Shown: positions 1-9,748 of the stretch, piece after piece
Numbering within the stretch: position 1 is the first letter of the stretch
Layout: the number at the start of each line of letters is the position of its first letter
Source: Azospirillum sp. CAG:239
GTDB taxonomy: Bacteria; Bacillota_I; Bacilli_A; RFN20; CAG-449
DNA length: 64,000 bases
Direction of reading: 5' to 3'
NCBI GenBank assembly: GCA_963653535.1
Contig: CAVJWU010000003.1
Span: 8,160 to 72,159, forward strand
Position numbers and translations under genes: made by a program
The notes under the pieces: generated by a model
What the model was told of the DNA's origin: nothing
The model's input: the letters and a program-made list of their open reading frames with translations, nothing else
Databases searched by the model: none

Positions 1-1
1 T

Positions 2-373
2 GCATTAGTATTAATGTGCGAAGCTTATGAAGTAGAACAACTTGAAAACGATACACGTATCGTCATGCATCTACATCCAGCAGTTGCTCCTTATAAAGTT
101 GCTATTTTACCTTTAAGTAAAAAGTTAAATGAAAAAGCAACTGAAATCTTAAATGATCTTTGTAAAGAATTCTCAGTTACTTATGATGAAACAGGTTCAA
201 TTGGTAAGCGTTATAGAAGACAAGATGCAATTGGTACTCCATATTGTTTAACAGTTGATTTTGATACTCTAGAAGATAACTGCGTTACAATTAGAGATAG
301 AGATTCTATGGAACAAGTTAGAATGCCTCTAAGTGAAGTAAGTAAATATATAAACGAAAAAATTAAATTTTAA
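2..373 (+). CDS. glyQS: Glycyl-tRNA synthetase (alpha2 type), C-terminal anticodon-binding part; 5' end lies outside the window
   Basis: The frame is open from position 2. Motifs [14 protein letters not shown] and [21 protein letters not shown]...[11 protein letters not shown] are typical of the class II GlyRS C-terminus. Confidence 0.8.
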   Translation, partial: ALVLMCEAYEVEQLENDTRIVMHLHPAVAPYKVAILPLSKKLNEKATEILNDLCKEFSVTYDETGSIGKRYRRQDAIGTPYCLTVDFDTLEDNCVTIRDRDSMEQVRMPLSEVSKYINEKIKF

Positions 374-393
374 TTAAAAGAAAGAAGGATTTA

Positions 394-2166
394 ATGGATC
401 ACGAAATAATTTCAGAAATTTTAGAAAAAGCTGATATTGTTAGTATTATACAAAGTTATGTGAATGTCACTAAAAAAGGTAATTCATATGTTTGTTTATG
501 TCCTTTTCATAATGATACAAATCCTTCGATGCAAATTACTCCTGAAAAAAAGATTTTTAAATGTTTCGTATGTAATGAAGGTGGTAATGCCATATCGTTT
601 GTAAAAAAATACGAAAATGTATCTTTTGATGAGGCAGTTAATATTGTCGCGGAAAAAATCGGCTTTACTTCTCCTAAGTTAAAAGTTAAAACTAGAGAAG
701 TAGATCCGCATATTCAAGATGAACTACGCGCTTTAAATGAAGCAAAAGAAATCTATAAATATTTATTAGATACTCAAGATGGCGCGGAATGTCGGACCTA
801 TTTAGAAAAAAGAAATATCTCAAGTGAAATGATTTCTTATTTTGAATTAGGTTACGCTTCGACTAATCCTGAACTTGATATTAAGTTATTAAGAGGAAAA
901 AATATAAGTGTCGATATATTAGATGAAATAGGAATATTAACAAGATCGAATGGAACATATATCGATTTCTATCATGGTCGATTAATATTTCCAATCTATA
1001 ATGTCCATTCAGAGGTAATTGGTTTTTCTGGTAGAAGAATTGATGATCATATTGAACCTAAATTTCTTTCAAGTAAAGAGACAAATGTCTTTAAGAAAAG
1101 AGAAGTTTTATATAATTATCAAAATGCAAAAAAAGAAGCGAGTAAAGAAAAGTGTGTTTATGTCGTTGAAGGTTTTATGGATGTATTCGCATTATATAAC
1201 GCGAATATTAAATCTTGTGTCGCACTGCTAGGAACGGCATTTACTAAAGAACACGCGCGGATGTTAAAAAGTTTAAACGTCGAAGTTAGATTATGTTTAG
1301 ACGGTGATGCAGCTGGTCAACATGGTTGTCTTGCTTCTGGCAATATCTTAATGGAAAACGGAATCCCATATAAAGTAGTAGATTATGGTAAATCGACTTT
1401 AGATCCAGATGAAATATTACAAAAATATGGAAAAGATACATTATTTAAACTAGCCAATCGATTAAAAGAAGGAATCGATTTTGCTTATTCATATTATTTA
1501 AAGCAATATGATTTAAAGACTTCAACAGGAAAAAGTGAATTTTCCAAGGTCATTTCTAATTACGTATCTACTTTAAAAGATAATGTTTCAAAAAATATTT
1601 TAATTAAGCGTCTAGCTACTGATACAGGATTAAGTGAACAAACTTATAAAAATTTATTACAAACTACTTTAGAAAATAAAAAGATCGACTACAATTTAAT
1701 TTCTAAGGGGGAGAATTTAAAAACTACTCAATTGAAGAAAGTGCAAAAAGAAATCGTGTACCTGATGTTAACTGATCCTAAGGCAGTTACTTATTATTTA
1801 AAAAATGGTGCATATTTAATCGATGATGTATATTCTACCATCGCTAATTACATTATCGATATGTATAATCGAACAAATAATGTTTCAGGTATTGATTTAA
1901 TAAGTGAATTACAAACTAATGATAATATTCAAAATAAAGAATTAATCGATACGATTACTGATTTATTAATCAATGATAAACACGCACCATATTCAGAAGA
2001 AACGATGAAAGATTATTTTGACTTGTTAAAAAGAAATATGCAAAAAATGACAATTGAAGATAAAGTGAATAGATCACTTCGTAACGAAGATTTATCTTTA
2101 GAACAACAAGTTAAATCTTTAGAAGAATATTCAATAGAAAATGATAAATTAAAAAAGAAAAACTAA
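394..2166 (+). CDS. dnaG: DNA primase
   Basis: CHC2 zinc finger CPFHNDTNPSMQITPEKKIFKCFVCNEGGNAISF. TOPRIM motifs VYVVEGFMDV and LCLDGDAAG. RBS GAAGGA upstream. Conserved dnaG-rpoD order. Confidence 0.9.
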   Translation: MDHEIISEILEKADIVSIIQSYVNVTKKGNSYVCLCPFHNDTNPSMQITPEKKIFKCFVCNEGGNAISFVKKYENVSFDEAVNIVAEKIGFTSPKLKVKTREVDPHIQDELRALNEAKEIYKYLLDTQDGAECRTYLEKRNISSEMISYFELGYASTNPELDIKLLRGKNISVDILDEIGILTRSNGTYIDFYHGRLIFPIYNVHSEVIGFSGRRIDDHIEPKFLSSKETNVFKKREVLYNYQNAKKEASKEKCVYVVEGFMDVFALYNANIKSCVALLGTAFTKEHARMLKSLNVEVRLCLDGDAAGQHGCLASGNILMENGIPYKVVDYGKSTLDPDEILQKYGKDTLFKLANRLKEGIDFAYSYYLKQYDLKTSTGKSEFSKVISNYVSTLKDNVSKNILIKRLATDTGLSEQTYKNLLQTTLENKKIDYNLISKGENLKTTQLKKVQKEIVYLMLTDPKAVTYYLKNGAYLIDDVYSTIANYIIDMYNRTNNVSGIDLISELQTNDNIQNKELIDTITDLLINDKHAPYSEETMKDYFDLLKRNMQKMTIEDKVNRSLRNEDLSLEQQVKSLEEYSIENDKLKKKN

Positions 2167-2181
2167 AAAAGGAGGAAAAAT

Positions 2182-3504
2182 ATGGCTCGTAAAACTAAAG
2201 AAGAAATCGAAGAAATTGAAGATCTCGACGATGAAGATCTCGAAGATGAAGATGAAAACGAAATCGAAGACTTACCAATTGAAGATACTGAAGCTGAAGA
2301 AGCTCGTGAAAAGCAAAAAGCAATCGAATCAGTAAAGAAGGGCTTAGAAAAACAAGCGAAAAAGAATGATAATGTTCTCGAACAAGACGAAATCTTTGAC
2401 GCGGTTGATAAGTTACAACTTTCTGATGAAGAATTAGAAGAATTAATCAAATATTTTACTGATAAAAACATCAAAGTAAATACTAACGAAGATGATAATC
2501 TTGAAGAGATGGACTTTGATGAATCAAAAATGAAAGATGATTCATTTGAAAATGATTTATTAGACGTTGATGATGACTTCCAAGAAGGCGCAGAAGAAGA
2601 AATTGAAAATATTGAAAATATCGATAAGATTGATTATAACGCCCTCGCTAGTGATAACGTAAAAGTTACTGATACTGTTAAAATGTATTTAAAAGAAATC
2701 GGTAACGTTGAGCTTTTAACACCAGAAAGAGAACAAGAACTCGCTGAAAGAATCGCACAAGGTGATAAAGAAGCTCATGATGAATTAATTAATGCAAACT
2801 TACGTTTAGTTGTTTCTATTGCAAAACATTACGTTGGTAGAGGATTACAATTCTTAGATTTAATTCAAGAAGGTAACTTAGGTCTTATTAAAGCAGTTGA
2901 AAAATTTGACTATACTAAAGGTTTTAAATTCTCAACTTATGCAACTTGGTGGATTAGACAAGCTATCACTAGAGCGATTGCTGATCAAGCTAGAACGATT
3001 AGAATTCCAGTTCACATGGTGGAAACAATTAATAAAATCACGAGAACTCAAAGAGAATTAGTTCAAAAATTAGGTAGAGAACCTAACGCACAAGAAATTT
3101 CTGATGCGATGGATCCAGCAAGTAGAATTTCTCCTGAAAGAATTAGAGAAATTCAAAAAATAGCTTTATCTCCAGTTTCTCTTGAAACACCAATTGGTGA
3201 AGAAGATGATTCTCATTTAGGTGATTTCATTGAAGATAAAGATGCAACTTCTCCTAGTGAATACGCAACTAAGAGTTTATTAAAAGAAGAATTATATTCT
3301 GTCATGAAAGATTTAACCGATAGAGAAGAAAGAGTCCTTCGCTTACGTTATGGTCTCGATGATGGTCGACCAAGAACTCTTGAAGAAGTTGGTAAAGAAT
3401 TTGGTGTTACACGCGAAAGAATTCGTCAAATTGAAGCAAAAGCAATCCGTAAATTAAGACATCCAGTTCGTTCAAAACGTTTTGGTGATTATAGAGACAT
3501 GTAA
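2182..3504 (+). CDS. rpoD: Primary sigma factor (sigma-70/SigA) with a long acidic N-terminal region
   Basis: Region 2-4 motifs [46 protein letters not shown] and [38 protein letters not shown]. Confidence 0.95.
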   Translation: MARKTKEEIEEIEDLDDEDLEDEDENEIEDLPIEDTEAEEAREKQKAIESVKKGLEKQAKKNDNVLEQDEIFDAVDKLQLSDEELEELIKYFTDKNIKVNTNEDDNLEEMDFDESKMKDDSFENDLLDVDDDFQEGAEEEIENIENIDKIDYNALASDNVKVTDTVKMYLKEIGNVELLTPEREQELAERIAQGDKEAHDELINANLRLVVSIAKHYVGRGLQFLDLIQEGNLGLIKAVEKFDYTKGFKFSTYATWWIRQAITRAIADQARTIRIPVHMVETINKITRTQRELVQKLGREPNAQEISDAMDPASRISPERIREIQKIALSPVSLETPIGEEDDSHLGDFIEDKDATSPSEYATKSLLKEELYSVMKDLTDREERVLRLRYGLDDGRPRTLEEVGKEFGVTRERIRQIEAKAIRKLRHPVRSKRFGDYRDM

Positions 3505-4163
3505 TGATTAATCTATCTTTAAGATTAAAAATGATTGCTTCTTTAGTTCCTAATGATTCTTCCGCGGCAGATATCGGGGCAGATCATGGATATCTAATTG
3601 CCTATTTAAAAGAAAATGGGATAATAAAACGTGGTTTAGGAGTCGAAAATAAAATAGGTCCTTACAATATTTTAAAAGCGAATTTAAAAGAACTAGGTGT
3701 AGATATTGAAACTTCTTTAAGCGATGGAATAACTTATTTACCAAGCGATATCGATACAATTATTATTGCTGGAATGGGTAAAGATACGATTATAAAAATC
3801 TTTAATGATTCATTAGAACGATTACTAAAGTTAGATAATATTATCATTTCTTCTCATGGTAAAATGGATGAAATTAGAACGTATTTAGTTTCTAAAGGAT
3901 ATTATATATCTAATGAAGATTGCGTTATTGATGAAAATAAATATTATGAAGTATCTTTATTTAAAAAAGGCCATAAAGATTATTCATCTTTAGAATTAAA
4001 ATATGGACCAATTTTACTTCAAAAGAAAAATGAATATTTTATTAAGCATATCAAAGATCAATTAACTAAGATTGAAGCTCTTAGAAAAGAAAATTTACCT
4101 CTAGAACGCGTAGAAGAAATTATTAACAGCATAAAAGAATATCAAAATGTATTAGACTTCTAA
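3504..4163 (+). CDS. trmK: tRNA (adenine22-N1)-methyltransferase, TrmK/YqfN family
   Basis: SAM-binding ADIGADHGYL, IAGMG, and a YYEV motif. Its start overlaps the rpoD stop (TAATG). It sits after rpoD, as recalled for Bacillus. Confidence 0.75.
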   Translation: MINLSLRLKMIASLVPNDSSAADIGADHGYLIAYLKENGIIKRGLGVENKIGPYNILKANLKELGVDIETSLSDGITYLPSDIDTIIIAGMGKDTIIKIFNDSLERLLKLDNIIISSHGKMDEIRTYLVSKGYYISNEDCVIDENKYYEVSLFKKGHKDYSSLELKYGPILLQKKNEYFIKHIKDQLTKIEALRKENLPLERVEEIINSIKEYQNVLDF

Positions 4164-4181
4164 TTTTAGAAGTCTTTTTTA
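4154..4181 (+). terminator. Rho-independent terminator after trmK
   Basis: AGACTTCTA / TAGAAGTCT stem with a 4-nt loop, followed by TTTTT. Confidence 0.7.
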
Positions 4182-4351
4182 CAAATATTTAGGATTTTGA
4201 CAAAATTATTCAAATTATATATATGACGGAAGATTATTTGTTTAATCTTTCAAGATGTAGTAAAGAGTTTTATCTAAATACTAATTGATTTAATTTTCTA
4301 TAAGTGAATTAAATTATGATATTTGATAAAATAAATTAGAGGGTTAAATTT

Positions 4352-6031
4352 ATGTTACAACATTTAATTATTAAAAACTTTGCGATTATTCAAGACTTAG
4401 AAATTGAATTTAAAGAAGGAATGAATGTTCTTCTAGGTGAAACTGGGGCTGGTAAATCTATTATTATCGATGCGATTAACCTTTTAAAAGGCGAAAAATC
4501 GAGCTTTGATAAAATTAGAAATGGTGAAACAAAAGCTTTTATTGAAGGCACCTTTATTGTTTCAAATAAAACTAAAAATTTAATTAATAATCAATATGAA
4601 GATTTAATTGAAGATGATAATACTTTAATAGTTTCTCGCTCGTTAGATATTAATAATAAATCGACTTGTAAAGTTAATATGCATTCTTTCCCTATAAGTT
4701 CCTTAAGAATATTAATGGAAAGTGTTTTAGATATTCATTCACAACACAAAGATAATTCTTATTTTGATGAAGAAAAACAAATATCTTTATTAGATCAATA
4801 TATTCTCAAATTAAAAATTAAAGAGATAGATAAACTTCTTTATGTTGATAAAGAAAATATTATCGATCAATATAAAAGTTCATATAAAGAATATTTAAGT
4901 TTAATTAAAGAATATAAAAAATTAAAAGAAGAGAAATTATCGTTAGATGATATTGAATATCTTACTTATCAAGTTGATGAACTTGAAAGAGCTAATATTC
5001 AAGAAAATGAACTAGAAGAAATTGATGATGAATTAAGAGATTTAGAATCTTTTGAAAAAATCGCTGATATATTCACGAAATTCAATGATGAATATAATTA
5101 TGCCTCTTCCCATCTTTATGAAGCTAAAACGGCTTTAAATAAGCTAAATTCCGATAAATACGAAGAAAAGAAAGAGAAGTTTATCGAAACTTATTATGAA
5201 TTAGAAGATTCCTATACTGAATTAAACAATATTTTTTCTTCGTTAAGTAATGATATGTCTCGACTTGATTATTTAAAAGAGAGAAAATCATTATTAAATA
5301 AATTAAAAAGAAAATATGGTTCTACAACTGAAGAAATTTTAGCTAAATTTGAAGAAATGAAGAAGACTTTATCGCTTCAAGGAGATTATGAATATAATCT
5401 TTCAAAGCTAGAAGAAAATATATCTTTAAAAGAGAAAGAATTACTCTTGCAATGTGATTTATTAAGTAAGCTTCGATTCGAAGGGGCTAAATTACTTACT
5501 AAAGAAGTTAATAACGAATTAAAAGATATCGGCTTAGAAAATGCTGAATTTGCTTTAAATGTTTCAAAAAAAGATGATTTTGATATCGATGGTAATGAAT
5601 TAATTACCTTTATTTTAAAAGCTAATAAAGGTAGTAAGTTCCTTCCTTTAAGTAAAACTGCTTCTTTAGGTGAAACAAGTAGAATTAATTTAGCTTTAAA
5701 GAATGTCTTTAATAAACTAGATCCTGTTGAAACAATTATCTTTGATGAAATTGATACAGGAATATCAGGAGAAATCGGAAATAAAGTAGGTATAAAAGTA
5801 CATGATATATCGAAATATTCACAAGCTTTAGTTATTTCTCATTTACCTGCAATGGTAAGTAATGGCGATTATCATTATTTTGTTTCTAAAGATGTAAAAA
5901 ATGATATTACAACTTCTCATATTGAAGAAATTAATGGTGAAAGATTAACGCAAGAACTTGCAAAGATGATATCAGGAAATAAAGTAACTACTGAATCACT
6001 TGCCTTAGCTTCTTCTTTACTTCATAAATAA
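4352..6031 (+). CDS. recN: DNA repair protein RecN
   Basis: N-terminal Walker A LGETGAGKSIIIDAI, a long coiled coil, and C-terminal SGGE-like LGETSRINLAL plus Walker B IIFDEIDTGISG. Confidence 0.9.
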   Translation: MLQHLIIKNFAIIQDLEIEFKEGMNVLLGETGAGKSIIIDAINLLKGEKSSFDKIRNGETKAFIEGTFIVSNKTKNLINNQYEDLIEDDNTLIVSRSLDINNKSTCKVNMHSFPISSLRILMESVLDIHSQHKDNSYFDEEKQISLLDQYILKLKIKEIDKLLYVDKENIIDQYKSSYKEYLSLIKEYKKLKEEKLSLDDIEYLTYQVDELERANIQENELEEIDDELRDLESFEKIADIFTKFNDEYNYASSHLYEAKTALNKLNSDKYEEKKEKFIETYYELEDSYTELNNIFSSLSNDMSRLDYLKERKSLLNKLKRKYGSTTEEILAKFEEMKKTLSLQGDYEYNLSKLEENISLKEKELLLQCDLLSKLRFEGAKLLTKEVNNELKDIGLENAEFALNVSKKDDFDIDGNELITFILKANKGSKFLPLSKTASLGETSRINLALKNVFNKLDPVETIIFDEIDTGISGEIGNKVGIKVHDISKYSQALVISHLPAMVSNGDYHYFVSKDVKNDITTSHIEEINGERLTQELAKMISGNKVTTESLALASSLLHK

Positions 6032-6036
6032 ATGTG

Positions 6037-6076
6037 ACTAGCATTGTTCCTACTAATTAGGTAATGCTAGTTTTTA
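6037..6076 (+). terminator. Rho-independent terminator after recN
   Basis: CTAGCATT...AATGCTAG outer stem with an inner CCTA/TAGG pairing, followed by TTTTTATTTT. Confidence 0.6.
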
Positions 6077-6137
6077 TTTTAGTTTACATAATTGTATAAA
6101 AAACGAGATTTTGTTATTATATTTTAGGGTGATAAGA

Positions 6138-7331
6138 ATGGCTAAAGTAATAATGCATATTGATTTAAATGCTTTTTTTGCAACTGCAGAAACAATTAAA
6201 AATCCTTCTTTAGAAGGTCTTCCTTTAGTCGTTGCAGGAACTTCACGAAGAGGCATTGTTTCAACTGCTTCTTATGAAGCTAGAAAATATGGTATTCATT
6301 CTGCGATGCCAACTTATCAAGCTAGACAACTATGTTCGAATTTAATCATTCTTCCAGGAGATTATGAATATTATCAAAAATTATCAAATGAATTTTTTGA
6401 ATATATAAAAACTTATTCATCGATAATAGAACCAGCTTCAATTGATGAAGGTTATGTAGATATTAGTGAACAAATAGCAAAAGTTAATGATCCTATGAAA
6501 TATCTTAAAGATATCCAAAATGGCTTATATGAAAAGACTAAATTAAAATGTTCGATAGGGATTGGACCAACTAAGTTTTTAGCGAAGATGGCTTCAGATA
6601 TGAAAAAGCCAATGGGTATAACTATTATTCGAAGAAAAGATATTCAAAAGATATTATGGCCTTTACCAATTAAAGATATGTTTGGTATTGGTAAAAAAAC
6701 TTATCCGCGATTAGAAGCTTTAGGAATATATAAAATAGGTGATTTAGCTACTAGCGAATCTTTAGAAGTAAAAAAATTATTAGGTAAAAGTTATGATACC
6801 TTTAAAGCATGGGCTAATGGATATGGTAGTGATGAAGTTAACACTGAATTAAGTGATCCTAAATCAATCGGAAATTCAAGAACATTCCTTTATGATACGT
6901 CAGATTATGATGAAATTAGAGAAATGATATATTCATTATCACAAGAAGTATCTTTAAGAGCAAAAAAAGAAAATAAAATTGGTTATACTATTACCTGCGT
7001 AATAAAAGATACTTCGTTTAAAAATTTTTCGCGTTCAACAACCTTAAATGATGCGACTAATGAATTAGATGTTATTTTTAATACTGCATTGAGTTTATAT
7101 GAAAAGAACTTTATTAATAAAGATATTCGTTTAGTTGGTGTCACATTATCGTCATTAAATGATAAAAAGAATGTTTATGTACAAATGGATTTATTTTCTT
7201 TAGAAAGTGAACAGAAGAAACATAAAACAAGATTATTAGTGAATTCATTTAATCGTTGTTTTGATAAAGATGTTTTAATGATTTGTAGCGATATGAACTT
7301 TAAGGAGAAAGAAAAACATGGATATAAATGA
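6138..7331 (+). CDS. dinB: DNA polymerase IV (Y-family translesion polymerase)
   Basis: MHIDLNAFFA, SIDEGYVDI, and IGPTKFLAKMASDMKKP. Clamp-binding-like QMDLF at 7182-7196. The start was moved to the ATG at 6138 (MAKVIMHID), which follows GGGTGA. Confidence 0.9.
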   Translation: MAKVIMHIDLNAFFATAETIKNPSLEGLPLVVAGTSRRGIVSTASYEARKYGIHSAMPTYQARQLCSNLIILPGDYEYYQKLSNEFFEYIKTYSSIIEPASIDEGYVDISEQIAKVNDPMKYLKDIQNGLYEKTKLKCSIGIGPTKFLAKMASDMKKPMGITIIRRKDIQKILWPLPIKDMFGIGKKTYPRLEALGIYKIGDLATSESLEVKKLLGKSYDTFKAWANGYGSDEVNTELSDPKSIGNSRTFLYDTSDYDEIREMIYSLSQEVSLRAKKENKIGYTITCVIKDTSFKNFSRSTTLNDATNELDVIFNTALSLYEKNFINKDIRLVGVTLSSLNDKKNVYVQMDLFSLESEQKKHKTRLLVNSFNRCFDKDVLMICSDMNFKEKEKHGYK

Positions 7332-8205
7332 TGCAAAAAGTTTATTTATGCAATATCTTATTGTTGAAAAAGGACTAACTACTTCAACAATTTCTTCTTA
7401 TCAAGAAGATTTAAAATCTTTCTTTCAGTTTAAAAAAGCTAAAAAGGTTGAAGAACTTGACTATAAAGATATTGATAATTACATCGTCTTTCTTACTGAT
7501 GATGACAAAGCGCCTAAAACAATTATTCGCCGCGCGACAACTATTAGGAGCTTCTTTTCTTTTTTGCAAAGAGAGAATTATATGTTTCATGAATCGACCC
7601 TTATCGAAATGCCTAAACTTAATCATTCATTACCTAATGTACTCTCGTTTGAAGAAGTTGAAGCATTATTTGATGCGCCTGATATGACGAAAAAAGAAGG
7701 GATAAGAGATCGCGCGATGCTCGAAGTAATGTATGCTTCAGGCTTAAGAGTAAGTGAATTATTATCCTTGAAGTTAAGCCAATATTCTTCTTCATTAAAT
7801 TGCTTAAAGATTTATGGTAAAGGGAACAAAGAAAGAATGGTTCCTATTGGCGATTATGCATTAGAATATTTAACTAAATACTTACGTGAAGTAAGAGATT
7901 TTAATGTTGGCAAAAAAAGTGATTATGTTTTCTTAAATAAAGTTGGTAAACCTTTAACTAGACAATATTTTTGGCAACAAATAAAAAAATATGCTCAAAT
8001 TGCAGGGATTAAAAAATCAATATCTCCTCATACTTTAAGACATTCTTTTGCAACTCACCTACTAGAAAATGGGGCAGATTTAAGAATGGTTCAAGAAGCT
8101 TTAGGACATTCAAAAATTTCGACAACTCAAATATATACTCATGTTTCTACTAAACGAATTCTTGATATCTATGATAAAGTGATGAATAAAGATGATGAAA
8201 AATAA
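7318..8205 (+). CDS. xerD: Tyrosine site-specific recombinase of the XerC/XerD family (XerD/RipX-like)
   Basis: RDRAMLEVMYASGLRVSEL, HTLRHSFATHLLENGADLRMVQEALGHSKISTTQIYTHV. RBS AAGGAG. The gene lies beside deoB (recalled from memory as the ripX-drm arrangement in B. subtilis) and 1.5 kb from a dif-like site. Confidence 0.75.
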   Translation: MDINDAKSLFMQYLIVEKGLTTSTISSYQEDLKSFFQFKKAKKVEELDYKDIDNYIVFLTDDDKAPKTIIRRATTIRSFFSFLQRENYMFHESTLIEMPKLNHSLPNVLSFEEVEALFDAPDMTKKEGIRDRAMLEVMYASGLRVSELLSLKLSQYSSSLNCLKIYGKGNKERMVPIGDYALEYLTKYLREVRDFNVGKKSDYVFLNKVGKPLTRQYFWQQIKKYAQIAGIKKSISPHTLRHSFATHLLENGADLRMVQEALGHSKISTTQIYTHVSTKRILDIYDKVMNKDDEK

Positions 8206-8229
8206 ATTCTTTAGGAAACAATAAAAGTA

Positions 8230-8238
8230 TGCTATAAT
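8230..8238 (+). promoter_or_regulatory. Extended -10 promoter element upstream of deoB
   Basis: TGCTATAAT (TGnTATAAT) lies about 28 nt upstream of the AAAGGAG RBS. The -35 is weak. Confidence 0.4.
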
Positions 8239-8265
8239 CACTAATGCAAAGGAGTTAATTAACTT

Positions 8266-9453
8266 ATGAAAAAATATAAAAGAGTATTCTTAATTGTCTG
8301 CGACTCATTAGGAATTGGAGAAATGCCTGATGCAGAACGTTTTAACGATAAAGGAACAAATACCTTCGTTCACATTTCAGAACGCTGTAACGGGCTAAAA
8401 ATCCCTAATTTGAACGCTTTAGGTATTAATGATTTAGGACCAATTGTCGGAACTAATAAAGTAAACCATCCTAATTCTTATGTCTGTAAAGCTCGCGAAG
8501 CAAGTAATGGTAAAGATACTATGACAGGGCACTGGGAAATGATGGGTATTTATACAACTAAACCATTTAAAACATTTACTGATACTGGTTTCCCAAAAGA
8601 ATTAATCGATGAATTAGAAGAAAGATGTGCTCGTCATATCGTCGGTAATTGCGCCGCATCAGGAACTGAAATTATTAAACAATACGGTGAACACCAACTT
8701 AAAACAGGTGACTTGATTGTTTATACTTCCGCGGATTCTGTTTTACAAATCGCAGCCAATGAAGCTATTATTCCTGTTAAAGAACTTTATAAATATTGTG
8801 AAATCGCTCGTGAGATTACTTTAAGACCTGAATATTTATTAGGTAGAGTTATCGCTCGTCCATATGTTGGAACTAATAAAGATAACTTTAAACGTACACC
8901 TAATAGACATGATTATGCTTTATCTCCAACTGGAAGAACTTATATGGATATTTTAAAGGATCATGGTTATGAAGTATCTTGTATCGGTAAAATTTATGAT
9001 ATCTTTAATGGTCAAGGCGCGACAAAGACTCAAAAGACCACATCAAACTATGATGGCATGATTAAGACAATGGAAGAAGCGCGTAGAGACTTTGAAGGAT
9101 TCTGCTTTGTTAATTTAGTTGAATTCGATAGTGAATATGGTCATAGAAGAAATCCAGAAGGTTATGGAAAGTGCATTGAAGAATTTGACGCTCAACTTGG
9201 TGAACTTCTTCCTTTACTTCATGAAGATGATCTTCTCATCATTACCGCGGATCACGGAAATGATCCAACTTGGATTGGAACAGATCATACAAGAGAAAAA
9301 GTACCAAATGTCTTTTATTCAAAATCAATTAAAGATGGTAAATTGCTCGAAGAAAGAAATTCTTTTGCCGATTTAGGTAAAACAATTATTGATAACTTCA
9401 ATTTAACAAAAGAAGACCAAATTGGAGAAACTATCGAAGAACTACTAAAATAG
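8266..9453 (+). CDS. deoB: Phosphopentomutase
   Basis: [41 protein letters not shown] and TDHTREKVP are characteristic of DeoB/Drm. Confidence 0.9.
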   Translation: MKKYKRVFLIVCDSLGIGEMPDAERFNDKGTNTFVHISERCNGLKIPNLNALGINDLGPIVGTNKVNHPNSYVCKAREASNGKDTMTGHWEMMGIYTTKPFKTFTDTGFPKELIDELEERCARHIVGNCAASGTEIIKQYGEHQLKTGDLIVYTSADSVLQIAANEAIIPVKELYKYCEIAREITLRPEYLLGRVIARPYVGTNKDNFKRTPNRHDYALSPTGRTYMDILKDHGYEVSCIGKIYDIFNGQGATKTQKTTSNYDGMIKTMEEARRDFEGFCFVNLVEFDSEYGHRRNPEGYGKCIEEFDAQLGELLPLLHEDDLLIITADHGNDPTWIGTDHTREKVPNVFYSKSIKDGKLLEERNSFADLGKTIIDNFNLTKEDQIGETIEELLK

Positions 9454-9470
9454 TACTAATTAACTACTAA

Positions 9471-9568
9471 ACACACTTATAGTAGTAATTATGTGCTTTT
9501 AGAATAAATAATACACTTATAATGGTATTTTAATAGAATCATAGGTATAAGTACACTTATAATAGTAT
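9471..9568. repeat. Three direct copies of a 15-17 bp partly palindromic motif (ACACTTATARTRGTA) at an exact 40-bp period
   Basis: The core ACACTTAT starts at 9473, 9513 and 9553. The best copy, TACACTTATAATAGTA, has TAC..TTATAA..GTA dyad symmetry. Confidence 0.6.
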
Positions 9569-9578
9569 AAATACTAAA

Positions 9579-9611
9579 TTAGTAGATATTTAGTAGATTA
9601 TTAGTGGACAT
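9579..9611. repeat. Three tandem 11-bp repeats (TTAGTAGATAT / TTAGTAGATTA / TTAGTGGACAT)
   Basis: Read directly from the sequence. The period is 11 bp. The AGTAGATATTTA core recurs in both arms of the hairpin at 9936-9971. Confidence 0.45.
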
Positions 9612-9622
9612 TTATATATTAT

Positions 9623-9666
9623 AGTCGTAGTTTAATTGTGGATAACTTTTAGCTACGACTTTTTAT
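9623..9666 (+). terminator. Hairpin plus T-run, 170 nt downstream of the deoB stop
   Basis: AGTCGTAG / CTACGACT stem followed by TTTTAT. The loop contains TGTGGATAA, the complement of the DnaA-box consensus TTATCCACA. Confidence 0.5.
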
Positions 9667-9720
9667 GTATTTTGATTTTTTCTTTTTTTAATAAATCTGT
9701 ACAATTATTCATATTATTTT

Positions 9721-9748
9721 ACTTTACATAATAGTAATTATGCGAAGT
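9721..9748. other. dif: dif-like XerCD recombination site
   Basis: The minus-strand reading is ACTTCGCATAA-TTACTA-TTATGTAAAGT, an 11-6-11 layout. The XerD arm TTATGTAAA and the inner XerC arm CGCATAA match dif sequences recalled for B. subtilis and E. coli. The site lies exactly at the + to - gene-orientation switch. Confidence 0.7.

Noticed and set aside
4164-6137. LexA/SOS boxes (GAAC-N4-GTTC type) upstream of recN and dinB.
   Set aside because: I read both upstream regions and found no acceptable match. The closest, AACGAGATTTTGTT upstream of dinB, fails both half-sites. SOS control cannot be supported from the sequence.
7318-8205. The tyrosine recombinase as a phage or ICE integrase marking a mobile element.
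   Set aside because: There is no tRNA target, no direct repeats, and no phage or conjugation genes. It is 295 aa with XerD-type motifs, embedded between dinB and deoB, and close to a dif-like site.
9637-9645. A perfect DnaA box (TGTGGATAA), together with nearby iteron-like repeats and AT-rich DNA, as a replication origin.
   Set aside because: Only a single box was seen. A 9-mer is expected roughly once by chance in 64 kb on two strands. No dnaA or dnaN gene is nearby. The dif-like site and convergent gene orientation argue for the terminus, not an origin.
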